From Candidatus Bathyarchaeota archaeon (GTDB lineage: Archaea; Thermoproteota; Bathyarchaeia; Bathyarchaeales; Bathycorpusculaceae): DNA of 64,000 bases. A program made the position numbers and the translations under genes. This document shows, in pieces, positions 1 to 8,754 of this stretch. A model generated the notes under the pieces. That model was not told the origin of the DNA. It made no database searches and was given only the letters and a program-made list of their open reading frames with translations. Within the stretch, counting starts at the first letter, position 1. Every line of letters begins with the position of its first letter. Location: contig CAWFFH010000004.1 in NCBI GenBank assembly GCA_963815095.1, positions 1 to 64,000 on the forward strand, in the 5' to 3' direction.

Positions 1-543
1 ATGCTTAAGTACTACAGCAAAAGCGAACACGGATAAAAGCAGAGGCAGAATTGCTAATGCTGGAAACTCTGGAACGGATGGATTTGCAGAAGGCGTTGGG
101 GTTCCTGTAGATACATAAAACGATAACGGCTCAGACGCTATGCTATCCTCTACTCCACCAAAGTATATGCCATAATATATCCATCGAGCCGCGTATACTA
201 CAACTTGATGTTTACCATTCGATAAGTCGTTTAACGTGACGTTTCCACTAATTGTAACGTTAGAGTGACCATCTAAACAATAACTAAAAGTATCTATTCC
301 CCAGCGTCCTTTTTCACTCACCGATAAGTTTGGTGGTAAATCAAATGTGCCGTTGGTTTGAACAGTAAATACAAGCGAAATGACATTAGAGTAATTTGAA
401 TTAAGAGTTGGGCTTACTATAGAAATCTGAGGTGCTGGAGGAATAGGTAGAGATTGCGCTTTTGTCAGTTCAATTGCTATCGATGAAAATGACATCATTA
501 TTAGAATCAGAACTAAAGCCAAACTCTTACGTAGATTACCCAT
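1..543 (-). CDS. Secreted surface protein with PEF-CTERM-like anchor (3' end runs off the window)
   Basis: Manual translation from the ATG at 543: MGNLRKSLALVLIL...SVPEFPALAILPLLLSVFAFAVVLKH; signal peptide plus PEF-TM tail. Confidence 0.8.
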   Translation of the reverse strand, partial: MGNLRKSLALVLILIMMSFSSIAIELTKAQSLPIPPAPQISIVSPTLNSNYSNVISLVFTVQTNGTFDLPPNLSVSEKGRWGIDTFSYCLDGHSNVTISGNVTLNDLSNGKHQVVVYAARWIYYGIYFGGVEDSIASEPLSFYVSTGTPTPSANPSVPEFPALAILPLLLSVFAFAVVLKH

Positions 544-577
544 AGGTTAAAGATAAAACGGTTTTCAATAAAAGGTT

Positions 578-647
578 ATAGTTAATATTTCATGACTAAC
601 ATTCGTCAAACTTTCTTGACTAAGCCCAGTCAACGTTTCTTGACCAA
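578..647. repeat. Three tandem motif-A palindromes (consensus TTAGTCAA-N6-TTGACTAA), 24-bp period
   Basis: ATAGTTAA-TATTTC-ATGACTAA (578), TTCGTCAA-ACTTTC-TTGACTAA (602), CCAGTCAA-CGTTTC-TTGACCAA (626). Confidence 0.8.
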
Positions 648-676
648 ACAAACGTAGTCTAGATGGGGGAAAAGGT

Positions 677-1228
677 CTAACCACTAATCTTTCTTTTTCT
701 TGTTCCGCATACTATAATTGTCAATCCTGATAAGGCAACACCTAAACCAAGATAGAAAAATTGGAAAGGAAGTAAGGGAACATTTTGGGTTACATCTCTA
801 TATGCTGTCTCTGACCATTGTTTGGTTACTTGCCAATGAACGTCCTTTGAAGTAAATGTGCTTGAACTAATAAGAACAAAGTTGTAGCTTGAGTTTTGAG
901 GGACTGTCCAGTTTATGTTAACGGTTGTTAGGTTTGGATATGATAAGTAAGTTGTCGAACCATTATTAACTGTGAAGTCTATGCGTTTGCTTGAATTTAC
1001 GTTAACTTGAATATTCAAGTAGTCTCCAGCATTTAGAGAAAGTCCATCAGCAACTTTTGACGTTGGAGCTACATCCATCAAAAGACCAAAGCAACCTATA
1101 AGCACCATTGATTTTGGAATTTGATATGCCTCACTTGTGGTTTTGGGAAAGGAAACAAGCGTAAATGCGGTTAATAGAACGCCCAAAATAAGTGCAATAA
1201 TTCCAATAGCCAAGAGTGCTTTTTTCAT
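677..1228 (-). CDS. Membrane protein with N- and C-terminal TM helices and a beta-rich extracellular domain
   Basis: ORF track; hydrophobic ends and basic tail. Confidence 0.75.
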   Translation of the reverse strand: MKKALLAIGIIALILGVLLTAFTLVSFPKTTSEAYQIPKSMVLIGCFGLLMDVAPTSKVADGLSLNAGDYLNIQVNVNSSKRIDFTVNNGSTTYLSYPNLTTVNINWTVPQNSSYNFVLISSSTFTSKDVHWQVTKQWSETAYRDVTQNVPLLPFQFFYLGLGVALSGLTIIVCGTRKRKISG

Positions 1229-1269
1229 TTAATTTGCTTCCGATAACCAAGTTATTAATCTAACTTTTA

Positions 1270-1306
1270 GTTCTATTGACGGAACAAGCTGTTCCAAGTA
1301 TGGAAC
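1270..1306. promoter_or_regulatory. Motif B: tandem GTTCY-N6-RGAAC palindromes (putative operator)
   Basis: GTTCT-ATTGAC-GGAAC aagct GTTCC-AAGTAT-GGAAC, 42 bp upstream of the start at 1228. Confidence 0.7.
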
Positions 1307-1453
1307 ATATAAAAGCTGATTCTAAACATGGTGTGGGTACACCCAAGCGTGGGAAAAGGTCTACTTACTTAGTGAAACAGTTTTTCGCCTTCTCTCATGA
1401 AAGACGGTTCTCTAAGCCAGCGACCAACTTATCCTGAAAGCCAGTAAACCAAA

Positions 1454-2500
1454 CTACGCACCAATCTTTTTTAGCTTTTCTCCATAACGCCTCGTATTAG
1501 CACAGCTATAGACCTCACGCCTACTTAGCATGAACCAAACAATCTTAAGCATCTTACAAGCAACAGCAACAGCAGCCTTCTGATCACCACGCCTAGCCCT
1601 CACACGCTCATAAAACCCAGCCAATTTCTCATCATACTGCACAGCAGTCCTCGCAGCCTCAACCATAACCCACCTCAACAAGCTAGAACCACGCTTAGTA
1701 ATCCTACCAGTATACTCAACATTCCCAGATTGATGCACCGACGGAGCCAAACCAGCCCAAGAAATCAACTTCTTATAACTACTAAACCGCGTTATCGGAC
1801 CAATTTCACTATGAATCAACAATGCACCATAAACATCAACACCAGTCAAGCTAAGTAGCAACCGAACATCCTCATCCTCACAAGCGATTTTTCGAATAGC
1901 TTTATCCACCATCCCGACCTGCAAGTTAATAGATTCAATCAGCGAAAGATGGTTTTCCAAAATCAGTCTATCAAGCTCATTAAGTATCAGTGACCTCATC
2001 CAAGCAATTCCACCTTTACCGAACATATCTGAGAATTCACAACGATAACTATACTTGTCAACGATTGCATGTGCCTTGTTCTTTATAGCCGTGCGCATTC
2101 TAACCAAGCTCAGCCTATGCCTAACTAAACCTCGCATTTCACGTATGCTTCCTTGCGGAACATAGCTTTCAGCAACAAGATCAGCTCTCAGCAAATGCGC
2201 CAAAATCCTAGCATCCACCTTATCAGTTTTTATTTTCGCTGAAGCTATCACTTTAGTCTTCAATGGATTAGCCAGCACTACCTTAATGCTTCTATTATCC
2301 AATGCATCGTATATGCTTAGCCACAAATTCCCTGTAGATTCCATAACAACCTGATCCTCAACAGTTAGCATAGACGTCAAAGACTCTATTCCTTTAGTGT
2401 TGTTTTCAAAGAAGAATTCGCTCTCGATGGCGCCGGTTTGATTCATTATTGCTGCTCTGCATTTGGCTTTGCCAACATCTACTCCTACATATCTCACCAT
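1454..2500 (-). CDS. IS110-family DEDD transposase (bridge recombinase)
   Basis: VGVDVGK, MESTG and KTDKVDA motifs; C-terminal GLAPSVHQSG / ITKRG / A.VAVACK motifs. Confidence 0.95.
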   Translation of the reverse strand: MVRYVGVDVGKAKCRAAIMNQTGAIESEFFFENNTKGIESLTSMLTVEDQVVMESTGNLWLSIYDALDNRSIKVVLANPLKTKVIASAKIKTDKVDARILAHLLRADLVAESYVPQGSIREMRGLVRHRLSLVRMRTAIKNKAHAIVDKYSYRCEFSDMFGKGGIAWMRSLILNELDRLILENHLSLIESINLQVGMVDKAIRKIACEDEDVRLLLSLTGVDVYGALLIHSEIGPITRFSSYKKLISWAGLAPSVHQSGNVEYTGRITKRGSSLLRWVMVEAARTAVQYDEKLAGFYERVRARRGDQKAAVAVACKMLKIVWFMLSRREVYSCANTRRYGEKLKKIGA

Positions 2501-2511
2501 TTTTTTTCTTT

Positions 2512-2637
2512 CTCCTGCTGGCTTTCAGGCTGCAATCTCTCATACGGGCGAATGCCCAGTTCTATAGCAGCTCAGGTCAAGCCCAGTCTAAAAATCGGCC
2601 GCAAGGGCCAAGAAGGCACCGGACTAGCCAGCAAGAG
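2512..2637 (-). ncRNA. Putative IS110 bridge RNA
   Basis: Possible 12-bp closing helix plus two stem-internal-loop-hairpin domains; loop sequences match the target (GCCUUCU, UUUUUAGA) and donor (AUGAGAGA, UAUAG..CU) sites. Confidence 0.8.
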
Positions 2638-4005
2638 TTACTTTCTCACTCGTCTTTCATATAGTCTAAAAAGCAATAACGCGACACATATTACAATAAA
2701 CGCAATGGCGACCAAGAAATAAATACCCACAGACGCAGTTGGTGAAGATTCAGATATTTGATGTTCAAATGGTGGCTCTTCAAAAACAACGGACGAATAT
2801 GCGGTTGCCCAGTCAGGTAAGCTGATACTTACGCTTGAAGTATTAAACTCAGCCAAAAGAGGATAATTATCTCTTCTTGTTACATCGATAATAAAGGGTG
2901 AATCTCCGATGCCATCGCCATTTGCATCTGATCCGTTGTAACTGCTCCAATAATTACCTCTTTCTCCATTGTCAAAAGAACCACCCTGATGTGCTGTCCA
3001 ATTATGGTCTGTTCCAACTATTACAGTGTCCGTGTTTACATCCTGACTATTATTGACAAAATTATTATCATAGAAGACATTGTTTGCCCCAATTCCCCAA
3101 ATGTTTGCGACATAAGCTCCATCTTGGTTTGCGGTTACTTGGTTACCAAAATAGGTGTTGTTGTGTCCTTCCGTGGCGGCTTTTATCCCAACATCATTAT
3201 TCATTATTTCATTTTTTCCCAAAACGCAATTTGACGCATCACTTGATGTGCCTATACCACAGGTGCTATTGCTAATTTGATTGTTAAAAACTATATATCC
3301 ATCGCCGCCTACCGCTATTCCATTGCCATCCGTGACTATGTTTCCGCAAATAATGTCAGTAGTATGGGTAGCAACCATAGACCCAAGTGCATTATTTACC
3401 CAAATATCGCCGATTACCCTGTTTCCAGCGATGATGTTGTTCGATGAACTATAACATTCAACGCTTCCCCTGACTGTGTTTTGGGTAAAAATCTGGTAAG
3501 AACCCATCAAGAAAACAGAGTTATTTTGAATGATGTTACCTGTTATCAGAGTATTGTTTCCGTTAATAAGATAGAGACCACCCATACTTGTGGCATTGCT
3601 CGAAAATGTGAAGCCTGAAATCTTAACGTTATCAGCGGTAACTTCAAGTGAATTTTCGTAACTGGAAACTTGACTCCAATCAAATGGAATCGGATTATCG
3701 TATTCTATCCATTTAGGGCTAAGTTTGATTTGAGTAGTGGATTGGTCTTCACCTTTGAGCCAAACAGTTTTGTTAATAACTAAACTTGATTCAAAATACG
3801 TACCGCTTTTAACAAAAATAGTGTCGCCATTTGTAGCGTTTCCTATCGCTGTGGTAACAGTCGGGTAGTCATCTGGAACAACGATTGTTCTACTTTGGGC
3901 TTTAACGGTCGAAGGTGGTAGAAAAACTAAGGACATAAAGAATAATAAAACAAGAAATAATGCGAAGGTTTTGCCGATTTTGCCCATGCTTAGTAATAGG
4001 TACAT
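2638..4005 (-). CDS. NosD/right-handed beta-helix surface protein; C-terminal tail replaced by the IS insertion
   Basis: IVVPDDYPT, GDTIFVKSGTY, GNYWSSYNGSDANGDGIGD, DNYPL motifs; likely start MGKIGK at 3987. Confidence 0.85.
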   Translation of the reverse strand: MYLLLSMGKIGKTFALFLVLLFFMSLVFLPPSTVKAQSRTIVVPDDYPTVTTAIGNATNGDTIFVKSGTYFESSLVINKTVWLKGEDQSTTQIKLSPKWIEYDNPIPFDWSQVSSYENSLEVTADNVKISGFTFSSNATSMGGLYLINGNNTLITGNIIQNNSVFLMGSYQIFTQNTVRGSVECYSSSNNIIAGNRVIGDIWVNNALGSMVATHTTDIICGNIVTDGNGIAVGGDGYIVFNNQISNSTCGIGTSSDASNCVLGKNEIMNNDVGIKAATEGHNNTYFGNQVTANQDGAYVANIWGIGANNVFYDNNFVNNSQDVNTDTVIVGTDHNWTAHQGGSFDNGERGNYWSSYNGSDANGDGIGDSPFIIDVTRRDNYPLLAEFNTSSVSISLPDWATAYSSVVFEEPPFEHQISESSPTASVGIYFLVAIAFIVICVALLLFRLYERRVRK

Positions 4006-5372
4006 AGAAGCGTTAAAAGTGTTTTTGTATAGGTTTCTTGACTAAGTGAATATTTTTTAGTCCAAGTTTCTTGACTAAACCATTGATTACCCTTCGTACA
4101 ATAAACTAACAACCCAGCAGCCACAACCATCGTAGTAAGCAACAATAGTGATGCCCAGAAGGGAACCTCTGGAACAGTGGGAGTCGGAGTTGGCGAAGGT
4201 GTTGGGATTGATGGCAAAACGGATGAAATATTATAAGCGTAAAGGTTTCCCTCATAAGGTTGAACATATAGAATACCGTTTGCGTAGCTAAAAGAAGACA
4301 AGTTAATTCCACCGTTTTGATTAGTCCAAAGCGGATAAGTCCAAAGTTGTACACCGTTCGTTATATTTAGAGCATAGAGGATATCGCCATTGACAGCTGC
4401 ACCAGCAATGCATACTACGTTATCAATAACTACAGGGGATGATTCTATCTGAATAATATTTGATTTCCAGATTTGAGCATTGTTGGAAGCATTGATGGAA
4501 TAAATGTTGTTGCCATATAATTGAGCCTCTATGTAAACCTCATCAGGTCCAGCAACAGCTGAAGTGCCGCCAACAATATCGGCGATAATGCTGCGGTCAA
4601 TGTCTAACTTTTTACCGTTAGTTGCGTTTAAAGCAAAGTATTCGACAGCTTCATTATTGATGTAAACTACGCCGTTGAGAACCTTAGGGGAGCTATCAAT
4701 CCATAAACCTGTATCGTAATTCCAAAGCAAGATGCCTGTAGAAGCGTTTATGGCATATACGTGGTGGTCGCCACTTCCGATGAAGACAACTCCATTGGAG
4801 AAGACTGGAGCTGTATAAATTTGCCAAAAGGAAGAACCTAATATGCAATGCCAAAGTTGGATGCCGTTTGAAGCGTTAAAAGCGTAAACGCTGTTATCGA
4901 TAGAGCCAATGAAGACAATTCCATTAATTACGGATGAGGGATGACTGAGGTGTCCTATTGGGGATTTCCAAATTATGTCCCCGGTGGAAGCGTTTAGAGC
5001 GTAAACGTTGGTGATTGAACCGATGTATATTATTCCGCTGGAAACGGTTAGCGAAGGAGTAAAAGGGGAGATTGTTTGAATGTCGGAGGAAGAAACCTCT
5101 GAATATGCGTTAAAGCTCCATAAGACGTTGGCGTTTTCATTGTCTAACGCGTAGATGCTGCCATTTTTTGTGCTCACGTAAATTATGTTTTTGGCAGTGG
5201 ATAAAGAATAAGCTAAATCATTTGAAGAGTTCCAAATGACTGTTCGAGTAATTGAAACAGATGGGTTTGTGCTATTTTGAGCACTTGCAGGGTTAACTAT
5301 CAGCGTCGTCAGGCATGACATAGAAATGATGAAAGTAAGGAATAATGCGAAAGTCTTGTTGGTTTTACCCAT
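3990..5372 (-). CDS. PQQ-like (BamB-type) beta-propeller surface protein with PT linker and PEF-like anchor
   Basis: Repeats of V(F/Y)IGS.D..VYA.NAS.G...[16 protein letters not shown] followed by a TM helix; the tail reads through motif A. Confidence 0.85.
   Translation of the reverse strand: MGKTNKTFALFLTFIISMSCLTTLIVNPASAQNSTNPSVSITRTVIWNSSNDLAYSLSTAKNIIYVSTKNGSIYALDNENANVLWSFNAYSEVSSSDIQTISPFTPSLTVSSGIIYIGSITNVYALNASTGDIIWKSPIGHLSHPSSVINGIVFIGSIDNSVYAFNASNGIQLWHCILGSSFWQIYTAPVFSNGVVFIGSGDHHVYAINASTGILLWNYDTGLWIDSSPKVLNGVVYINNEAVEYFALNATNGKKLDIDRSIIADIVGGTSAVAGPDEVYIEAQLYGNNIYSINASNNAQIWKSNIIQIESSPVVIDNVVCIAGAAVNGDILYALNITNGVQLWTYPLWTNQNGGINLSSFSYANGILYVQPYEGNLYAYNISSVLPSIPTPSPTPTPTVPEVPFWASLLLLTTMVVAAGLLVYCTKGNQWFSQETWTKKYSLSQETYTKTLLTLLCTYY
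4024..4078. repeat. Two motif-A palindromes
   Basis: TTTGTATA-GGTTTC-TTGACTAA (4024) and TTAGTCCA-AGTTTC-TTGACTAA (4057). Confidence 0.75.
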
Positions 5373-5408
5373 ATTTAGTAATAGGGGTATAGAGGCGATA
5401 AAAGACTA

Positions 5409-5430
5409 TTCGTAAACAAAGATTGATAAA
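5409..5430. repeat. Degenerate motif A
   Basis: TTCGTAAA-CAAAGA-TTGATAAA, 37 bp upstream of the ATG at 5372, the same spacing as other copies. Confidence 0.5.
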
Positions 5431-5432
5431 GG

Positions 5433-5471
5433 TCATTGCTTCAAGTTAGCGGTTTTTCGATGCCTTCTAAA
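5433..5471 (-). pseudogene. Orphan C-terminal tail of a surface-protein gene (FRRHRKTANLKQ*)
   Basis: Minus strand reads TTT AGA AGG CAT CGA AAA ACC GCT AAC TTG AAG CAA TGA with no upstream ORF. Confidence 0.65.
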
Positions 5472-5649
5472 AGTTGCCTGAAATAGGTTAATCCATTAGC
5501 AGCTTTTTAGTTTTAAGAAGCCCGACAAAAAAGGCTGTGACGAAAAAAAGCGATGATTCGAAATGAGCCTATCGGATAACCTAATCGAACATCTTTGGGA
5601 AGCATCGCAGTCACTCTTTTTTAGCTTCACAAATGATAGGAATCTTTGT

Positions 5650-6570
5650 TTAAGGTTTGGTGTGCTCGATAAGTGTCATGTCCATGCTCATGTTCATTGC
5701 GTAGTTCAAAGTTGCTGATTGAGTAGAAACACTTTCTTGCATGCTTGCCTTAATTTGCCTCATCGTTCCATATTCCATGTAAATTTGATAGTTCATATCC
5801 ATGCTTATGGTAATGTTTGCTGGTGTAAAGTTGCTCATTCCGCTTAACGGCGAATGATAGTTCATTCTTAAGTCGTTGCTTGTAATGTCTATCCTGAAAA
5901 CTTTGTATGTTCCTGCAGGCACTGTGAGGTCTTGGATGCCTTTGAAAGTCATTTTTAGGCCGCCAGTTATCCCAAGGCTTGAGTTTCCAGTTGGAAATGG
6001 CACATTTACAGAGTCGCCCACTTTGACTTCTGGCTGGTTTAGCAGCTGGGCAAGATAGGAAGTACTTGTTAAGCCGTTGTTGGGTATTTCTTGCTGTGTG
6101 CTTCCAAGGTTAAGAAGGTAAGTTGAATATCCAGTTTTGTTCATTTTCTCAATAATTGAGACGCTAATTGGTTTGTTGTTTAGATTATTCATTGTCATTG
6201 TATGATTCAAAGTATAGTATTCACCGTCAAAACCAGTGACTTCTATGGTTTGCTGGGAATTAATGGTAGTATTCTTAGGCATAATAGTGCTAGATCCAGT
6301 TGCCAAAGCCGAATTATCGTAACTGGCAGTTATAGTTGAGTCATAAACCATCTTCTCGCCAACAGTATAATCAACATTTAGAGGTATTACCGATTGGCCA
6401 AGAGGAACAAAAAGTGCTATGCCAATAATTGCAACGGCAGTAATGGCCACCAAAGAAAAGAACTTTTTCCCAAGCCACCTTCGCTTGACAGGCGTAGATG
6501 AAATTGTTTGTTCATTTGCACTGGGCAATTCTGGAGATGATGCCACTAGTTTATCTCGAATGTCATTCAT
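5650..6570 (-). CDS. Membrane-anchored extracellular protein
   Basis: N-terminal TM helix; LTVPAGTYKVFRI motif. Confidence 0.8.
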   Translation of the reverse strand: MNDIRDKLVASSPELPSANEQTISSTPVKRRWLGKKFFSLVAITAVAIIGIALFVPLGQSVIPLNVDYTVGEKMVYDSTITASYDNSALATGSSTIMPKNTTINSQQTIEVTGFDGEYYTLNHTMTMNNLNNKPISVSIIEKMNKTGYSTYLLNLGSTQQEIPNNGLTSTSYLAQLLNQPEVKVGDSVNVPFPTGNSSLGITGGLKMTFKGIQDLTVPAGTYKVFRIDITSNDLRMNYHSPLSGMSNFTPANITISMDMNYQIYMEYGTMRQIKASMQESVSTQSATLNYAMNMSMDMTLIEHTKP

Positions 6571-6610
6571 ACGTATTACCTGTCAGCCATTTAGTAGTTT
6601 TATGCTTATA

Positions 6611-6647
6611 GCTCTACTGACAGAACACTTTGTTCTACCAGTAGAAC
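6611..6647. promoter_or_regulatory. Motif B tandem palindromes
   Basis: GCTCT-ACTGAC-AGAAC acttt GTTCT-ACCAGT-AGAAC, 41 bp upstream of the start at 6570. Confidence 0.75.
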
Positions 6648-6650
6648 AGC

Positions 6651-6965
6651 CTAAGGTCCTTCAGTCTCAACTTTCAATTCTAAAAATTTTAGTAACAGCA
6701 ACAACAAAGCCAAAAGAACGGCAACAAACCATACGCCAACCAACTCCAAGTACACAACATTACCTGTACGATAGAATAACTGGAAGAGGAGTATACCAAA
6801 AACACCTTCCAATCCTGCACCAACAGGACCTATGGCGTAAAAGAAACGCTTGTTCTTTGCTCGAAGTTTTGAAAAACAGACTGAACAAGTAATCGGATTC
6901 AAGTTATTGAATGACAAGACTTTCCGAACTTCAATTTTGCTACCACACTTTGGACAAACGACCAA
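6651..6965 (-). CDS. Zinc-ribbon protein with two TM helices
   Basis: CPKC...CSVC followed by two hydrophobic helices. Confidence 0.7.
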   Translation of the reverse strand: MVVCPKCGSKIEVRKVLSFNNLNPITCSVCFSKLRAKNKRFFYAIGPVGAGLEGVFGILLFQLFYRTGNVVYLELVGVWFVAVLLALLLLLLKFLELKVETEGP

Positions 6966-7012
6966 TCTTTTCTACCTCCAAATCAAGAACAGACTCTACA
7001 TTGCAGCTTTTC

Positions 7013-7504
7013 TCATACAGTCTTTTTCTTCCAGCTATCATTCTGAGTTTTCTTTCGCAGCCACATTCCTTCGCTAAGAAACAAAACCATAGCAATGGCG
7101 GTTGGCCCCAGTAAATAGAAGAGATACAACTCTGGAGTTTGGCCACTTTGGAAGAAGGGAATCGCTATTGCTATTGCTTCTACGACTAATATGCCGATGA
7201 AAAAGAATGCATAAAATATTAGTCGCGGAACTAAGGTTTTTCCTATCCACAAGTGACCGCTGATGTTTATTTTTTCTTTGATTCTGTATTCGCCATAATC
7301 ATCCTTTGTAATTAAACCTAGTGATTCCAGTTTTTGCAGGTGCCAATACGCAACGCTTGGGCTGCTCAGATTTGCGAGCCGCATGGTTTCGCGTGGACCT
7401 AACGGTTTACCTTCCTTTACCATACACGAATAAACGTTTAGGGTTGTACCTTCAAGTTCTTCTCCGTTTGTCAATTTATGGCTCCCCTTTGATAAATGCT
7501 TCAA
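7013..7504 (-). CDS. Membrane-anchored winged-HTH transcription regulator
   Basis: GPRETMRLANLSSPSVAYWHLQKLESLGLI wHTH followed by two TM helices. Confidence 0.8.
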   Translation of the reverse strand: MKHLSKGSHKLTNGEELEGTTLNVYSCMVKEGKPLGPRETMRLANLSSPSVAYWHLQKLESLGLITKDDYGEYRIKEKINISGHLWIGKTLVPRLIFYAFFFIGILVVEAIAIAIPFFQSGQTPELYLFYLLGPTAIAMVLFLSEGMWLRKKTQNDSWKKKTV

Positions 7505-8678
7505 TACCGTTGGGAGAGAGCTGGAATGTTTGGCTACCTAAGAGTACAGCGTTGTAAATGTATCCGTTGGGAGTAATTTGGAGTTGCACTGGCTTAAGCC
7601 ATGTAGCTGTTGCAAGAGTGTTATAATATACTCCGTCTACTGGCATGTTATTAATGAAGCTAGTTATTGATCCATAGAGAGTTATGCTCCCGTTTCCAAG
7701 ATTTGCGAGGGTGCTGTTTGTTCCCTCCGCGTTGTTGTAAGATTGCATCCCTGTGAAAGCTATAAGTTTTGATTGGTGCGGATCCCAAACGTAGCTAAAT
7801 CCTGTTCCGCCTGACCATTTGAGTGTTGGACCGTTGGAGTTGTACGTGTGCCAATCAGGAAATGAAGTTACTGGACCGACACTTGAATTCATATTTTGAT
7901 AGATTGGTGTGCCCGAGGCTAACACTTGATCTACAAGGGTATTGCTTGCAAGAACCATCGGTTGAGGTATGCCCGGTTGTACTCTTCCGGTTACATCCAC
8001 CCATCCTCCGTTAATGTAAATTTGAGTCTGGGACATTTTTGTGGCATCATAGGATTCGCCTATTGGAACGCCCTCTATCCAGGTGCCTTCATCAGTTGCA
8101 TTTTCTGGCAAATCAGGAATTGAAGATAAGGTTCTATGCTGTGGAGTCATTATTTGAAAAACGTTATAGGGATAATTCTTCCCAGGAATCCATGTTGTGT
8201 TTACCCATTTGCCGTCCAGCCATACCCCGTTTACGACACCGCCAAAACTAACGCCTGGATCTTTCGCGTAGCCTCGGTTGAAGGATTCTCCGCCTAATGC
8301 TGAATTAACTATGTTTATGTTTTGAGCAGCTGCAAAGCCCATCTCATGCATCTTAGCGCTCAAATCAGAGAGATTAGTTACGTTAGCAATAACTGTGTAA
8401 GTTACGTTTGTGAAAGGAATAGACTCAGTAACGTTCACTGAAGAGTAGTTGCCAGTCAATGGGTCAAGAACCCATTTTCGCACAGTCTGGTTCTGCTGCC
8501 ACTCAATAACAGTCAGATTAGCGTACAATATATTGATGCTAAAATCTGCTTTTTGTCCTTCGCTGGCATGTGGGTAAGGTTTAACGTCCAATGGCACTAT
8601 GAGCATTGGCGCCGCAAAAGCCGTTCCACTTAACAAGGCTAAAACAGCAACGATGATGAGTTTGACCTTGAAATCCAT
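7476..8678 (-). CDS. Secreted/extracellular protein overlapping the downstream wHTH gene
   Basis: Signal peptide; 400-aa ORF whose end overlaps the regulator start. Confidence 0.75.
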   Translation of the reverse strand: MDFKVKLIIVAVLALLSGTAFAAPMLIVPLDVKPYPHASEGQKADFSINILYANLTVIEWQQNQTVRKWVLDPLTGNYSSVNVTESIPFTNVTYTVIANVTNLSDLSAKMHEMGFAAAQNINIVNSALGGESFNRGYAKDPGVSFGGVVNGVWLDGKWVNTTWIPGKNYPYNVFQIMTPQHRTLSSIPDLPENATDEGTWIEGVPIGESYDATKMSQTQIYINGGWVDVTGRVQPGIPQPMVLASNTLVDQVLASGTPIYQNMNSSVGPVTSFPDWHTYNSNGPTLKWSGGTGFSYVWDPHQSKLIAFTGMQSYNNAEGTNSTLANLGNGSITLYGSITSFINNMPVDGVYYNTLATATWLKPVQLQITPNGYIYNAVLLGSQTFQLSPNGIEAFIKGEP

Positions 8679-8717
8679 ACACTGTCACCGCAAACTATTG
8701 TCTTATTGTGCTTATTA

Positions 8718-8754
8718 GCTCTGGTCATAGAACGTTTCGTTCTAACAGTAGAAC
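8718..8754. promoter_or_regulatory. Motif B tandem palindromes
   Basis: GCTCT-GGTCAT-AGAAC gtttc GTTCT-AACAGT-AGAAC, 40 bp upstream of the start at 8678. Confidence 0.75.

Larger units (their letters stand above)
1391..2667 (-). mobile_element. Complete IS110-family insertion sequence
   Basis: TCT core at both junctions (1391-1393, 2665-2667); 10-bp subterminal inverted repeat ATGAAAGACG (1397-1406) / CGTCTTTCAT (2651-2660); removing the element restores an in-frame gene tail. Confidence 0.9.

Noticed and set aside
578-647. CRISPR mini-array
   Set aside because: The 24-bp period leaves only 2-bp gaps, so there are no spacers, and no cas genes are present in the window
2438-2722. Plus-strand ORFs 2438-2722 and 2449-2664
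   Set aside because: Antisense to the transposase start and the bridge-RNA region, with no protein-like features
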